Origin: Octopus vulgaris
Taxonomy: Eukaryota
Reading direction: 5' to 3'
DNA: 64,000 nucleotides
Assembly (NCBI GenBank): GCA_951406725.2
Contig: OX597815.1
Span: 87,916,001 to 87,980,000, forward strand
Shown here: in pieces, positions 24,593-39,748 of the stretch
Layout of the letters: every line of letters starts with the position of its first letter
How positions within the stretch are numbered: position 1 is the first letter of the stretch
Notes under the pieces: generated by a model
Databases searched by the model: none
Told to the model about the DNA's origin: nothing
Seen by the model: only the letters and a program-made list of their open reading frames with translations
Program-made: the position numbers and the translations under genes

Positions 24593-27500
24593 AAATCTAG
24601 TCTCAATATATTACAGTGTCATCCGTCTGGCAATTTTCCAAACATTTTGTTTTAGAATGATGATCCCAGTAACTTTTGACTTATATCTGCCTTCTCTTAG
24701 TTTCACTACAACAACAGCTTTTGTCCCATTAAACTTACTAACTTCATATCTATTAGTGACAGAGGCAGTATTAATACTGAATGGTTATAGAACAAACTTT
24801 ACAGCGGTAGTTACCATGAGGAAATCTCTCATATTGGCTTTTGGAGCAAAAGGTCCTCTTATCTATATTGCTAACAGGGAAGATTAATCCCTGCCACCAC
24901 TAGCACTAAGACTACCCGATCACGTGATTTTGACCTTCCTTGGTCTTTTCAATGATGGACACTTGACAGCTAGAAACAGCTTCAGGCTATATTCAGCAAT
25001 ATCAGGAAACAATTTTTCTCCAAAATTTTTTTCTGCACACAACATCAAGCTTCCTCTCTTCGTCATGGCAAACTAATTAATTCCACTTTGTAAATGTTTT
25101 ATACCAAACACTTAAATTGAACTCATTACCCTCACCTCTTTATTTGTTTTTTCATGCCAACACTATTCTATCCACCTTTTCTCCAGAACAACCTTTTCTT
25201 TTCCACCCATATTTTTATTTTTCAACCAGACAGGAGCCTTTAACAACTTCAACAAATAGGCATCTAGACATCACTATATTTAATCTCATGCTAGGCAAGA
25301 ATACCCTTAAATTTTTCAAGCACCTAACCTCTCTTCTTTGAACTAACAATATAATAACAAACAAACAGAAACAAAACATCAAGACTTGCATGTTTGGACA
25401 GTTATTGGCAAGTTCTTTTGTTAAGATTCCTCAAAGTTATGCAAAAATGTAAATTTTTAAATAGCCTCCCATCCCATATCCTACAAAAATATACAAAAGG
25501 TAATTTGTAACTGAGTAAAAACTTTTTATTTTATTTGTTTATTTATTTATCTATCCATTTATTTATCGTGTTGGAGGAAGTTGGAATGTTATCATTACAT
25601 CCTTCAAATTTATATAGCTGTCATATGAAGTTATCTTAGTGATTAAATTTGTAAGCATTTTCAATTCCTGGAAAATTCTGAATTCTAAATTTTTGTCTTC
25701 TTTCACCACATGCTTTCATTCTAACTATACTGTATTATTGATTCTGTAGAGATGAAGTAGGTAAATTATTTTTTTGTTGTTGTAGTTCTTATATTATTCA
25801 TTTATAATTTCCTTATTTCTTTTTATTAATAATGTCTTAAAACTGCAAATTCTAGAGAAATGTGTGATAGAGGAGAGACAAAAATATGATGAGAGACAGA
25901 CAGACACACATTCACATAGAATTAAATGCATAAGCATGCACACTTAATGACAAATGGACACAGTGAAAAAGAGATAAACAATCAGGAAGACAAACCAACA
26001 GATAAACAGGCAGACACACAGAGATATGTAAATAGATAGATGGATGTATAGATAACTAAATATCTAATATAAACATTCATATCATAGTTTACATTTGTAA
26101 ACAAGTAGTTGAATATATGTAAACATGTGTGTGTGTGTTCAGATGTTTAATGAAAGTGGGACACAATACTCAATTCATGACGAATATATCATTTGAAATT
26201 AATTCTTTTTTTCTCATCTTGAATTTCATGCCACTATGATCTTCAATCAAGAACTTTCTTCTTTCAGTATTTGAATTAGTTTTATCTGCATTGGAGCAAG
26301 ATCACTTTTTTTTTCTATGGCAATAGTTTCATTGGCTAGTTTCTTATGTTGATCTACTATTAAGGCATTGTATACAGGCTGTTGTTGTTTCATTTGCTAA
26401 TTAATTGAATGTTCTGTTTTTCATTGGTCAATTCAGTAGTTGTCTTCTATGCAGCCTCTTATCATATCATTCATATCTTATTTTGCTAATTTTTTCATTC
26501 TGTCTACTTGATAGATTGCTATTCTCTATCTAAAATCACAGAAGATTTTGTTTATCTAATCTGTTGTGGGTGGGGTTATATTTTATATTTGATATTTCTA
26601 AACAGTCATACTTTACTATGACATAAATTGTTTTATTGTTCCATTGTTATTGGCATTAGGTAATTCATGCTTAGTGTCTTGGAGAGAGGCACAAGTTCCC
26701 CACAGTTTAATGCCAGAAATGCACATTTGAACTCACCAAATTTCATTGCAATGTTTTTAAAGAACTGGGTTATGGAGATCCAGTTGCATTTTGGTGTGGT
26801 TAACACTTGGCACATACAGCTTCAGATCATCAACAAAGAAAAGGTGAGTGATGGAGCTATTCCTATAGTTGCAATATTTTGTGATTACATATGGTAAGAG
26901 GTTTAATGAAGGAACAAAGAGTAGTACTCACAAACTATTACTCTGACAGATGCTTTTTTATGACATATAGTGGCAAAATTGATGTCTCAGTTGTTACCTC
27001 TAAGGAGTAGGGAGCTGTATTCATTTTGGGTTAGATGGTGGATGGCAGCTACTAGTGGTAGTGGAATTGTGGCTAATTGCAGTGCTGGGATAATTCATTC
27101 ATGTGGTGTACTGTCAAAGGGCTTTTTGGTAGTACAGCCATGCTATAGCCATGTTTCTATGGTTCTTTATATTTCTTTCTTATTTTGTTAATTAGTAGGT
27201 GTTCAATATTGTCAGGTCAGGAATCTTATCACAGACTGATGAAACCTGTTACTGGTACCGTGTAAACTAGTACTACCATTTCCATGGTCAAGTGGTTCAC
27301 AACTAAACTGGCTCCCACACTTGAGTAGCTTGCTTCTCTTGTGAGGTGGATATCTGGACACACAACAGGATTAACCTGTTGAAGGGTGGATGGGCTTCTT
27401 TTCCATTTAGAGGTTTTGCACTAAGGTCCAATTCTGGCTGTTTGATATCTCACTAAGTTTTATTCTTTGCATAAATCCAAAGTGTTTAGGTTCAGATTGT

Positions 27501-28414
27501 ATCTATAATTCATATAATTGCTTATTAAGTTCATAATTCCAAAGCATACAATGGGCATAGTCAAGATGAAGACGAAGAAGACAGATGTGTTGAGTCAGGA
27601 TAATTTGTCTGTTTACTTTCAATATATATCTAATATTAAATAGATGGAAGGTGGTGAGCTGGCAGAAACGTTAGCATGCTAAGTGAAATGCTTAGCAGTA
27701 TTCCATCTGTTGCCATGTTCTGAGTTGAAATTCCACTGAGGTCAATTTTGCCTTTCATCCTTTTGGGGTCAATTAATTAAGTACCAGTTGCATACTGGGG
27801 TCGATCTTATTGACTGGACCCCTCCTCCAAAATTTCGGGCCTTGTGCCTAGAGTAGAAAAGAATATTAAATAGAAGGGGTTGTTCTTCAAAAGTTCTAAA
27901 ATTTTGCTATGATTAAACTTTTAAGTTATTCATAACCTGTAATTTTTTCCTTTCTAATTGTTTGAGTTCTGAAATTGTATTGAAATGAGCATATTAAGTT
28001 ACCATCATTCAATAAGTGATACTTTTTTACAAGTGTTGCATGGCTAGTTTGTGTGTATGTATGTTATTGAATAAATTCTTATGTAAAAATGCCTGTGTAA
28101 TTTTACCTGAATTTTGCAGCTCAACTTGCCCATTGTTGGGTTCGTATAAAAGATAATTACACACATCTGTTCACAATGGTGTATATTCATGTGTGTGAGT
28201 GTATGTATATATGTATACATGTATGCATACACATGTGCATGTATGTATATAGAAGATAATTACACACTCGTGCGCACATGCACACAAACAGACACACACA
28301 CAAGTGCATATACACTCAACAAAATTTCAGACCAAATGATACAATGGTGTTCCCTTTGAGGAATCCCCAGTGCTATAATTAGAAGACATACAGCAAACAG
28401 GCAACAACACTTAC

Positions 28415-28534
28415 ATAGACTTGGGCTGTTGGAACAGCTGTCTTGTTTTCAACAGTAAAATTAATTGTTTCCAAATAACTGTTCAGTTCCTTAACATAGG
28501 TTTCAACTTGACTTGCAGAATTCTTCACATCAAG
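28415..28534 (-). CDS. CFAP206: CFAP206 coding exon, 120 nt, phase 0-0
   Basis: ttccag|CTTGAT...GTCTAT|gtaagt; LDVKNSASQVETYVKELNSYLETINFTVENKTAVPTAQVY, conserved KTAVPT.QV motif. Confidence 0.94.
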
Positions 28535-31500
28535 CTGGAAATAAAAAAAGAAAGCAAGAAGAGTATCAATCATTAAGCAAAGTTTTCCACAATTCATTTT
28601 CACTTTTTCTTCTTGGTTTATAGTTTCAATTTCATATTTTCAAACCTCTAGTTCAGAATTTACATATTTAACACAGGCATCAATAAAATACTAATCTGAA
28701 CCATGCCAAATCAGATTGGAACCTGGTGCAGCTCCCTGGCTAACCAGTTTTCAGTCAAACCCCTCAATTCATGCCAGCATGATGATGATCATCATTATCA
28801 TCATTAAAACACTAACTAGAATTAGATACATGTGGAGAGAAAAATCCCTATTAATCAATGACTATCTATCCATCTTCTCTGTGCACTATTCCTGAGAGGG
28901 TTATGGAGAGACATTATGCACCTTCCTTCATAGGAGCCTATCAGAAGCAACTGTCATTAGACTCTCCAGCTGGATTCCTAAGCATGGCCAACTGAGACTG
29001 TGGATATTATCCAACCCACCATCCATTGTACTCCACTCCCTTCTTTCACCCATCCTCCCAACAACCCCCACCTTTATTTCTGTCCACTCACTACATTCCT
29101 GCCTTCTACTTTTCACTCCCCTTTTTGTAATGTTGCAAACTCACCCATCCATTCACCCTATCCAATTCTTGGTTCCACTTCCCTTTTATACACTCCTCTC
29201 TCATCTTCTCATCCTCTCTCATCTCCTCATCCTCTCTCTCTCTTCTCTTCCTCTCACTCTCCTTTCTTCCCCCTACTGAGTTAGCCACGTGTCTCCTTGA
29301 CTGTCTTATCTACTGCTGTTCCTTTACTCATACTCTAACTTCTCACTTGGCACAATGCCACCTTCTTCAATCCTACTCCCTCATTCAGTTAAGGGGTCTT
29401 GTAAATTATTTGGTGATCTCATTGCCGCTGGTGCTATACGTTCTGTAAAGTGGTTGGCATTATAAAAGGCATCATGTCATAAAAGCCATGCCTAAGCAGT
29501 CAGTAGGGTGTGGTACAGTCTTTTGACTTGGCAGCTCCTGTCAAACTGTCCAATTCATGCCAGCATGGAAAATGAATATTAAATGATGATTATGAAACCA
29601 TTTTTGGTTTTCTCCTAGGTTTCTTTCTGATTGATATGGCTTGGAGGATCCATCTTGCAATATTTTCCTGTGACATTCTAATCACATCAATGACTATTAT
29701 GATTGTTTTTATTTTTCAGCAAAACATTGGACAGAACTTCATCTATGTTTTGACATTATTCTGACTTTATCAGCAAAGCAAAGCCTTCACTAGATTTGCT
29801 TAAATAATGATGGAAGAATTACAAAGTAAATGTTCAAGGTTGTGTATTTGTTAGTGTAAGGAAATAGAATAATTTAAAAATAAAATAATTCAAAGATTTC
29901 AGCCACATGAAACACAATAGTTGTGTTAATGTTAACATATTTAATGCATGGACCATATAATATAAAGCTATCTAGAAATAAATATGTGGTGCAGAGAAAA
30001 TGGTATTTGTCAAAGATAAAATGTTGTTTTCATATTTGCAACAAATACATCTTGCTATTTATTTTTCCACTGTTTCCTTCCACAGTTTTCCTTGCCATAC
30101 TTTCTTATTCATTTCAGACACTTTGTCCACCATTCCCTCTCATGCCTTCTGTTTATATAGTATTCAACTTTATTTACTAAATGCTCTAAATAAATAAATG
30201 CTAACTCAGTCTAATAGAATTATCAATAGAAAATAACGAAGTAATAACAATATTATTATAAAGATTATTTTTTTGTATCAAAATTCATTACAAATATAAA
30301 TAAATAATACTAAATACATAATCAGCATAAATCCTATAATTATACACAAAAATTATATACACAAGTCAGTATTATAAACTTTATAAGTCTTTAGGATACT
30401 TCTCTTACATCGCAGTTCAGATGACTGAATCAAGCATCAGGCAACAACCAGCTGAGAGGTTGACGGTATATAATTCTGTATCAACCAGCATGTTGTGGTT
30501 ATGTCTTAGACATTTGAATCTAGCTCTAACATTTGTAGGTACCACAATGTTATAGAGTTCAATAAGGTAGTCAATCAACAGGAACATAATGGGAATGAGT
30601 GTTTCATTTGCTAGCTGTGCTCAGCTCAAGACACCATCTGAAACCTAGAGAAGGTAATGACAAATCATTCTCTAGTGGTGGGAAAACAACTCAATAGAGT
30701 TATCAGACTATTCATAAATACCCTATATGTCATTTTAAGTGCCATTTCATTTCAGTTTCTCTCATCACTACCCTTTCTTGCTGAGTTTGACCCTTTAGCA
30801 TTCAGATTGCTCTGTCAGATGTAATGCTTATTTATTCACCTCATTTTGAATTAGTCATGCATTAGCTGTGAGATTTCCATGATGTGCCTCTTAACTTTAG
30901 GAATGATATTGTGGGGTATGTGTAAGGGGCTGGATTTGGCTGGTTTGAACATAAAGGAGGTAGCATATTTAGGCTGGATATTGCTGGTTTGAATACTAAA
31001 GAGTTTTCTCACTTGTGGATGAAAGAGATTACAATTCTACCACAAATTCTAATAAAAGTGTAACTTTTGTAAGTTGTAGTTATTATTATTTAACCTCAGG
31101 TCATCTCTGAATAAGCAGATTTATGATTAAAAACATCCCATCTTCATCACTTCATCTTTTTCAGAGATATCTAAGTCTACATTATGCAAGATATCCTTTA
31201 TTTGGAATGGCAGGATGTGATTTGAGGGAGATTTGTCACTTCTCATAGGTCAAGTGATTACACTGAGGATCCTTTGTTGGTTCAAATCCCTGTTTCAACT
31301 CTTGCTAGGATTACTAAATTATAGAGATACAACTTCTAGAGCAACTTAAGAATGATACCATTCTGGAAACTCCTGTGATATCAGTCATAGCAAGATATAT
31401 ATGCAATTGCTTTTCCCACTCTGTGAATTATGCCCTTACTGTAAAAGAGGAAAAGAAATCAGTGGTGTTGACAACCTCAAATTTTTATCCCAAAACACTT

Positions 31501-33335
31501 TATAGAGGTTTTGCATTTTGGAGAAGACACTCCAAAATAAAAGACACAGATTTTAATATTGCCGTTGCCATAGCTTCTACTGCTGTTTTTCTTGTTATTT
31601 AGCACCAGGTCAACCATGATCAAAGGTATTCCAGCAGTGACCATCCTGTCTTTTTAAGGGTATGTGAAACTACATTACCTAATGTGTCCTTTCCTTATTG
31701 ATGACAAGGTGTGATTTGAAGCATATTTGGCTTCTCTTTCTAGTAGTGTGTTGTATGATCACATAAAAGCTTCCTCATTGTTTCCCTTTAATAGTCTAAT
31801 GGGATAGATAGAAGTATAGAACACTTTGCATTGCTTTTCACTTTTCACTCTTCCTTTCTCTACTATTCCACTCAGCTTCTTTCCTGTACACTTTCTTTCC
31901 ATCTATATTTCCCTTTTGATATTTCCTTCCATTATTAATTCCTGTTAATATCTTCTTTCTTTCCCTCTTCATCTTCTTTGCATCCTTAAGTTATAGTCTT
32001 TACCTTTAACACATAGACATCACACTGATTTTCCAAGACACTTCTTTGCCTAACTACTCCTACTGATCTTCAACACATACTTCACACATAATTTTCATAT
32101 CTTTCTCAACCACAGACCTTTCAAACAGTCTTTTTACACAAATCTTTCTTACTTAATCTCCTTAAACCATCCACAGACATTCCATAAGTATCTCTCAGGT
32201 ATGTCTTCCATACTTATCTACATGATGACTCTATACAGATATTTCTCAAATAATTTTAATATAAAATATATAGCATTTCATTTTTTTCATATAGTGGATA
32301 TTTAAGTGAGGGAGCTTCTACAAGGTCACTCAATCAGCTAGAAATATCAACCAAATCTCCCTCATACCACAAGCTATTGCTTCAAAACAAAAATAAAGGA
32401 CACATTAGATAATCAAGTCCTAGATTATTTTCTTTTAGTCACAAGGAAAGGCAATATCCATGATCCTTTACAGGACCTCCAAGGCTGGTGAGAGGGAGGG
32501 GAGAAGTTATCCTCAAACCAGACCTAATCCAAATGCTTGTAACAGAGTGGACTCTGTTAAAGACCAGAAAGACCAGGGCAATTCAGTCTACCACCTAAAA
32601 TACACTATTCCTTTCATCATGTCTATTTGATCAAAGCTGACATGGCATTCAACAACAACTAAGATATTTTACACAAACTTTCCATGAAGACATGTTGCTA
32701 CTATTTATATCTTCACGTAAAAAGCACCAACTGATCATGGCTGCTGCCAGCCTCCCCTGGCACCTGTGCCGGTGGCACGTAAAAAGCACCCACTACACTC
32801 ACTGAGTGGTTGGCATTAGGAAGGGCATCCAGCTGTAGAAACACTGCCAGATCAGACTGGAGCCTGGTGCAGCCTCCTGGTTTCCCAGGCCCCAGTTGAA
32901 CCATCCAACCCGTGCTAGCACGGAAAACGGATATTAAATGATGACGATGATGAACCTTCTTCATCTTCAGTATCTATTTTACACACCTACATCACGCACT
33001 GACTTTAAAGCTTCATTCCACATCTACTTCAAACACAGATCTTCCCAATATGACTTCCACTCCTATTTATATATAAAGTTAAAGAAATTCCAGCTAGATT
33101 TACTTAAAACCCAATTTTTTTCAGTATTTTTGAAAAATTATGATTAACAACAAAAAAAGAGAGTTAATCATTTTCTTGAATCTTAAGGTATCCAAAAAAC
33201 ACTTGCATTTAACTCTAATTTATGAAGTATTAATAGAATAAGTGACACATTTCGATATGGATAAAATGCTAGTGTATTGATACCCTTATCTAACAGGAAG
33301 ATGAAACTGAGGCATATAAAATATAAAGTGTCTGA

Positions 33336-33560
33336 ACCCTCTTGATACCAACCTACCTGAGACTACATTTGGTTTACTGATACAAACTTTCCTGTGTAAA
33401 GTTATCTAAATTAAAGCCTTCCTTCAAAATTTCAAATTAATTTATGTTTTAAACACTAACTTGATAATAACTATTATTTTACTAAATTCTTCAGTATTTT
33501 CAAAATTAGTTGAAAACATAGGTAGCATATTTCAACAAATATATGGTGACAAGAGGGTTA
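33336..33560. mobile_element. piggyBac-type MITE family 2, uninterrupted; a second copy is split by the CR1 LINE (52538-52652 and 56726-56838)
   Basis: Ends ccctcttgatacca / tggtgacaagagggttaa; internal sequence collinear with the two halves flanking the CR1. Confidence 0.65.
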
Positions 33561-34013
33561 ACTGCATCTTGAAGCATTGTTTCCGTACTTTGCCATGATT
33601 AAAAATAAGACTTAAAAAGAAAACATCATAACTTTTAAGGTCATTGTTTATAGTTTGGAGACAACACTGGTAGAAATATAGCAAAAAAAAACAGAAAGAA
33701 AAAAAAGGTATGCAAATTTGAATATTGCCTATCTTGGCTACATAAAAATCTACAGAGAATCTTGGTATTTCTGGGTGTGGATAATCAAATAATTAACAAC
33801 AGCAACAATAACATCAAGGAAATGAAGTTTTATATCATCATTATGATTTATAACAACAATGGCAATAACAAAATTAACAGGAACAACAACAACAAAAACA
33901 TTTATCGAAAAATCAAATGAGAAGTTTGAGAGCCAAAAATTATGTGAAAAGAATTTCAGGTGGATACCAAAAAAGAAAAAAATGAAGCTAACTGACAAAA
34001 AGAGGCCTGAAAA

Positions 34014-34056
34014 ATTATTATTATTATTATTATTATCATCATTATTATTATTATTA

Positions 34057-34096
<40 letters not shown>

Positions 34097-34332
34097 CATT
34101 ATTATCATCATCATCATTATTATCATCATCATCATTATTATTATTATTATCATTATTATTATTATCATTATTATTATCATCATTATTATTATTATCATTA
34201 TTATTATTATCATCATTATTATTATCATCATTATTATTATCATCATCATTATTATCATCATCATCATTATTATTATTATTATCATTATTATTATCATCAT
34301 CATCATCATCATCATCATTATTATTATTATTA

Positions 34333-34366
<34 letters not shown>

Positions 34367-34388
34367 TGTTGTTGTTGTTGTTGTTATT
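34014..34388. repeat. Compound (TTA/TCA)n microsatellite of about 375 bp; many other (AAT)n, (CA)n, (TA)n, (TACA)n and (CAC)n tracts occur across the window
   Basis: Direct inspection. Confidence 0.97.
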
Positions 34389-34389
34389 T

Positions 34390-35345
34390 AAGGTAGCAAG
34401 CCGGTAAAAATTCTTAGCATGCTGGGCAAAATGCTTAGAAGCATTTTGTGCCTTTATATTCTAAGTTCAAATTCTTCTGAGGTTGACTTTGCCTTTCATC
34501 CTTTCAGGGTCAATGTCCCCTCCTTGGGGTCAATGACTTACCCCTCCTCCTAGGGTGCTGGCCATGTGCCATTACTATCATTATCATTATTAAAATACTA
34601 ATGCGGCGAACTGGCAGAATCGTTAGCACGCCAGGGGAAATGCTTAGTGGTATTTCATCTGCCGTTACATTCTGAGTTCAAATTCTGCCGAGGTTAACTT
34701 TGCCTTTCATCCTTTCAGGGATGATGAAATAAGTACCAGTTATGCACTGGGATCAATGTAATCAACTATCCCCTCCTCCAAATTTTTGGGCCTTGTGCCT
34801 ACAGTAGAAAGGATTATTATTATACTAAGGCAGTGAGCTAAAAAAATCATTAGCACGCCCGGCGAAATACTTAGCGGTATTTCGTCTGCCACTACTTTCT
34901 GAGTACAAATTCCACCAGGGTCAACTTATTATTATCATTATTATTTACAAACAATAATAAGGGTGGTGAACTGAAAGAATTGTTAGCACACCGGGTGAAA
35001 TGCTTAGCAGTATTTTGCCTTTCACTACATTCTGAGTTCAAATTCTGCCAAGGTCAACTTTGCCTTTCGTTTTTTTCAGGGTTGGTGAAATAAGTAAGTC
35101 AAGCACTGGGTTCAATGTAATTGACTTACCCCCTCCTTTCCTGTAGCAGAAAGGATTATCATTGGCAAACAAAACACTTTGCAGTATTTGTTCCAGCTCT
35201 TTACCTTCTATGCTTAAATCCTGCCAAGTTCAACTTTTCATCTCTTTGGAGTTTATAAAATAAAGTACCAATCAAATACAGCAGTAAATGATATCAATTA
35301 GCACCGTCTTTTCAAAAACTGCTGGCCTTGTGCCAAATTTAGAAA
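34390..35345 (+). mobile_element. Run of about 5 copies of an abundant 200-bp SINE-like element with (TTA)n tails; others at about 1835-2050(-), 2420-2620(-), 15139-15326, 15813-16027, 27647-27865, 38705-39430, 41237-41445, 49220-49640(-), 62260-62490, 63850-63975
   Basis: Recurrent gagctggcagaa.cgttagca...gagttcaaattc...gactttgcctttcatcc...ggccttgtgcc...agaaaggattatt; GAGTTCAAATTC is B-box-like. Confidence 0.8.
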
Positions 35346-35559
35346 AAAATTTCCGCTCTCTTCCTCATCATTATTATTACATCTGTAAAGTAATTTATTT
35401 TGGGAAGGGCATCCAACTGTAAAAAGCATGCCAAAACAGACAGTGGAACTTGGCACAGTCTTCTGGTTTACTATCCAACCCATGCCAGCATGTAAGACAG
35501 ATATTAAATGATGATGATGATGATGATTGTTATTATTATTGCTATTATTATTCCTTCAT

Positions 35560-36162
35560 AACACAGTGTAAAAATGCAACGAAGTCTTTAGTCATCTGTC
35601 AAGTCACAACAAGGACCTCAGACAGATAATACTTTCCTTAAGATGTGCACTGTGCCCAATAAGGCTGCTTTTTCACAAGACATCAATCTTGCATGGGATT
35701 TCCAGTTGCCTTAAGAAGTCATGAAGTTTCAATGGGATTGAGCCCAACACTCTGGTCACCACTGGTATCACTTTTACTTTACCCTCTCGCATTCCATACA
35801 GTCTTGCCATTTCTACTTTCAATTCAGAGTTCTTGGAGATTTTTTCAACCTCTTTACTTACAATATTCATGTAATTTAGTATGGCTACATCAATAATCTG
35901 GTAGTATTTGTCACTCTTATTCAATATGACAATATCTGGCTGACGGTGTTCAATTACACGATCCGTCTGAAAATCATAGTCCCAGAGTATCGTTACTTTT
36001 CCATCTTCCTGCATAACTTTACTCGGTACATGCTTATACCAGTTCTCTGTTACTTAGTATTTACAGCATAAGAGCCAATGAAGATACACACACACTTTGT
36101 TATGGTGGTGATTGTATTCTTTTTGTGCAAGGATTTCACATCCACTTACCAAGTGGGTCACT
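35560..36162 (-). mobile_element. Dong/R4-like RLE fragment
   Basis: KVTILWDYDFQTDRVIEHRQPDIVIL...IIDVAI...EKISK; adjacent to (TTA)n. Confidence 0.78.
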
Positions 36163-36180
36163 ATTATTATTATTATTATT

Positions 36181-38640
36181 CAGTAGTTTTATTTTTATAG
36201 CGTGCTTTCACTTCACTACCGAGCGCAGCTCTGTGTGCCTTGGGTATGTGCTGTGATTTGTTGTGATGCTCTGATGGTTATTGTATGGAAAGTGTTCTGC
36301 GTAGGATGTGTGCAGTGCCTAGTAGTGCAATTTTCTGTATGTTATATGTGTTTGTAAGTCCTGGTGTTTTTGTTATGTATTTGTCTGAATATTTTTTTAT
36401 CATGCCTAATGCACCTACTATGATAGGAATTGTTTCTGTTTTCAGATTCTACATTCTAGTTACCTCTATTTCCAGGTCTTTGTATTTTGAGAGTTTCTCC
36501 ATTTCTTTTAGAGACACATTGTCATCTGTCGGTATTGATACATCAATTAGAAAGCATTTTTTTTCTTCATGATCTCTGACAACTATATCTGGTCTGTTGG
36601 CCTTAATTTCTCTGTCTGTGTGTATCGGCATATCCCAGAGTATGGTTGCTTTCTCGTTTTCTGTGACCTTTTCTGGTGTGTGCCTATACCATCTTTTTTC
36701 TGTTGTTATTCCATAATGTTGGCATAGCTTCCAATGTATGTAGGTTCCAACTCTGTCATGTCTGTGAATATATTCCTTCTTAGCCAGGACTGGGCAGCTA
36801 GAGATAATATGATTTATTGTTTCTTGTCCATCTCCACATATTCTGCAGTTACTTGTAATATTTCTTTTCATTACATGTTTTTGGTAATTTCTGGTGGGGA
36901 GGCTTTGGTCTTGTGCTGCAATTAAAAATCCCTCTGTTTCTGCTTTGAGTCCTGAGCTTCTCAACCATTGCTGGGATTTTTCTTTGTCTATTTCTTTTGC
37001 ATTTAGTTTAGTCCAGTATTTACCATGAAGGGGCTTTTCTTGCCATCGTTTTATCATGGTTCGTTGCTGTTCTATTTTTAGTTTGGATTTCATTTGTTTT
37101 ATAGCTTTTGTTGTTTCTTCATCTTCTTCTTCTTCTTCTTCATGTTTATTAGGTGGTATGATTTCTTGTTTGTATTTGTCAGCTTCCTTAAATACTGAGA
37201 ACAGTTTTTTGTTTTGCTCGTGTTTTGCCGCTATCTGGATCAGTTTTCCTTCTTTCTGAAGTAGATATTTTTGCAGTCCTATGGTGGTTATTTTATAGTA
37301 GTTTTCCAGCTGTATAAGGCCTCTATCACCTTCTATACGTTGTATATATAGTCTTTCTATGTCAGATTTTGGGTGATGCATCCTAGATCCTGTCATTATT
37401 TTTCTTGTTTTCCTATCTATTTTGGTCAGTTCATTTCGTGTCCAGTTAAGGATATTGTAGCTGTAACTTATAACTGGGACAGCTAAAGTGTTGATACCTA
37501 TTATCTTGTTTTTAGCATTGAGCTCTGTTTTTAGTATTGATCTAACTCGTCTATAATATTCTTTTTTTATTTTCTCTTTCATTTGTGTGTGTTGTGTCTT
37601 ATCTAGTTCATGGAGTCCTAAGTATTTGTAAGTTTGGCTTTGGTCTAATTCTTTTATTTCATTGGTTTTATCTAGTGTGATGTTGTTACTCTTAACTAGT
37701 TTTCCTCTTTTCATGGTTACTTTGGTGCATTTTTCTAATCCAAATTTCATATCTATTTCTTTGGTAAATCCATGAACTGTCTTTAATAGTGTTTCCAGTT
37801 GTTTGTCATTTGCAGCGTATAGTTTTAGGTCATCCATATATAAAAGGTGGCTGATCGTTTTGCTGTCACATTTATATCCGCATCCAGTTCTATTTAGTAT
37901 ATCAGATAGAGGTGACAGTGCCAAGCAGAAAAGGAGTGGAGAGAGTGTATCTCCCTGGAATATTCCTCTTCTAATGGGGATGTCTTTGGTTTTCATGAGT
38001 CCCTCTTTTGTTTGGAGGTGTAGGACTGTTTGCCATTTATTCATAGAGTGCTCTATGAATTTTATGATTGTTGGTGCTACTTTGTTAATGGCTAGTGTTT
38101 CGAGGATCCATGTGTGGGGGATGCTATCAAACGCCTTTCTGTAGTCAATCCAGGCCATACTGAGGCCTTTTTTCTTTCTGTGGCTGTCTTCAGTTATGGC
38201 TTTATTAATCATTAGTTGATCTTTACAGCCATATGAGCCTTTGCGGCATCCTTTCTGCTCTTCTGGGAACAGTTTGTTTTCGTCCAGGTGCTTGTTCAGC
38301 CTTTGCGATATCACTGCAGTAAATGCCTTGAACATAGTAGGGAGGCAGGTTATTGGTCTGTAGTTTTCTGGTTTTGCTGTTTCATTTGATTTGGGAATTA
38401 TGATGGTTTTCCCCTTCATGAGCCATTCAGGCATTGTCTCTGGCTCTGCTAGTATGTTGTTAAAGTTTTCAGCCAGCTTTTTGTGCATTCCTGTTAGATA
38501 TTTCAACCAGAAGTTGGGGATCTTGTCATGCCCAGGTGCCTTTCAGTTGCTTAGTCTTTGCAGTGCCTGGGTGACCTCTTCAGTTGTTATGGGGGTCCAA
38601 AGTTGTTCAGATGCCGAGTTTGTTATTTTGATACTCCTTT
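36181..38640 (-). mobile_element. R4/Dong-clade LINE (RT and restriction-like endonuclease), 5'-truncated, in a (TAA)n tract
   Basis: 685-aa ORF with NYRPITCL, IFQGDTLSP, YMDD, Zn knuckle CRICGDGQETINHIISSC, RHD, RPD and EKLSKY; the frame continues through single stops at 38543 and 36449 to a stop at 36278; the 3' end runs into (TAA)n, the known Dong target. Confidence 0.92.
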
Positions 38641-39748
38641 TTTTTTGGTTGTTCGTTCGCCGACCATATTTCTTCTTCTTCTTCTTCTTCTTATTATTAT
38701 TATTCAGGTGGTGAACTAGCAGAATCAATAATACACCAGACAACAGGCTTAGAGGCATTTCATCTGTCTTTACATTCTTTGTTCAAATTCCACCGAGGTC
38801 AACTTTACCTTTCATCCTTTCGGGGGTCGATAAATTAAATACCAGTTGAATACTGGGATCAATGTAATCAACACATCCCCTCTCCCAAAAGGGCTGCCCT
38901 TGTGGCAAGATTTGAAACTACTATTATTGTTGTTGTTATTATTGTTAAGGTATCGAGCTAGCAGAATAGTTAGCATGCCAATCAAAATGCTCGGTATTTC
39001 ATCTGTCTTTATGCTCTGAACCAAATGTTGCCAAGGCTTACTTTGCTTTTCATCTTTCTGAGGTCAATAAAATAAGTACCACCTGAACATAGTAATCGAT
39101 GTAATCAACTTAATGCCTCACCCAGAATTACTGGCCTTGTGCTAAAATTTGAAATTATTATTATTATTATTATTATTGTTGTTGTTGTTGCTATTATTAT
39201 CATCATTATTATTAAGGCAGTGAGTTGGCAGATTCGTTAGCACGCTGGATGAAATGCTTAGCGGTATTTCACCTGTAGCTATGTTCTGAGTTCAAATTCT
39301 GCCAAGGTCGACTTTGCCTTTCATCCTTTCAAGGTCAATACATTAAGTACCAGTGAAATTCTGGGGTCAATGTAATTGACTAGTCTCCTACCCAAAACTT
39401 TAGGCCTTGTGCATATGATAGAACGGATTATTATTATTGCTTATGTGAGGGTGCATGGTCTAGTGGTGTTGAACTCATGATTGTGAGATCATGGTTTCAA
39501 TCCCTAGACTACATGATGTGTTGTGTTCTTGAGCAAAACACTTCATCTCACATTGTTCTGTGATCACTTCAACACCTGATGCATGGTACACTATGCACCT
39601 GTTCAGACAACACTGCTTTGATGGAGAGACTGAGCTAATGTTCAGCACATACATTTGATCACTATAAACAAATCACTTGTGCAGGTCATTTGGCAAATGC
39701 TGAACACTCATATGTTATCTTCAATGTGAGAGTTCCTCATAATTATTA

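Noticed and set aside
27225-27275. CTGATGA motif in a possibly Penelope-derived old region (about 26200-27500)
   Set aside because: No correctly placed GAAA or stem I; protein similarity too degraded to support a call.
33859-34407. Long poly-Leu/Ser/Ile ORFs here and at 1464, 2524, 8464, 15921-16205 and 16747
   Set aside because: Translations of trinucleotide microsatellites.
34390-35345. Regularly spaced repeats superficially like a CRISPR array
   Set aside because: Eukaryotic SINE-like copies of about 200 bp separated by TTA tails; no unique spacers or cas genes.
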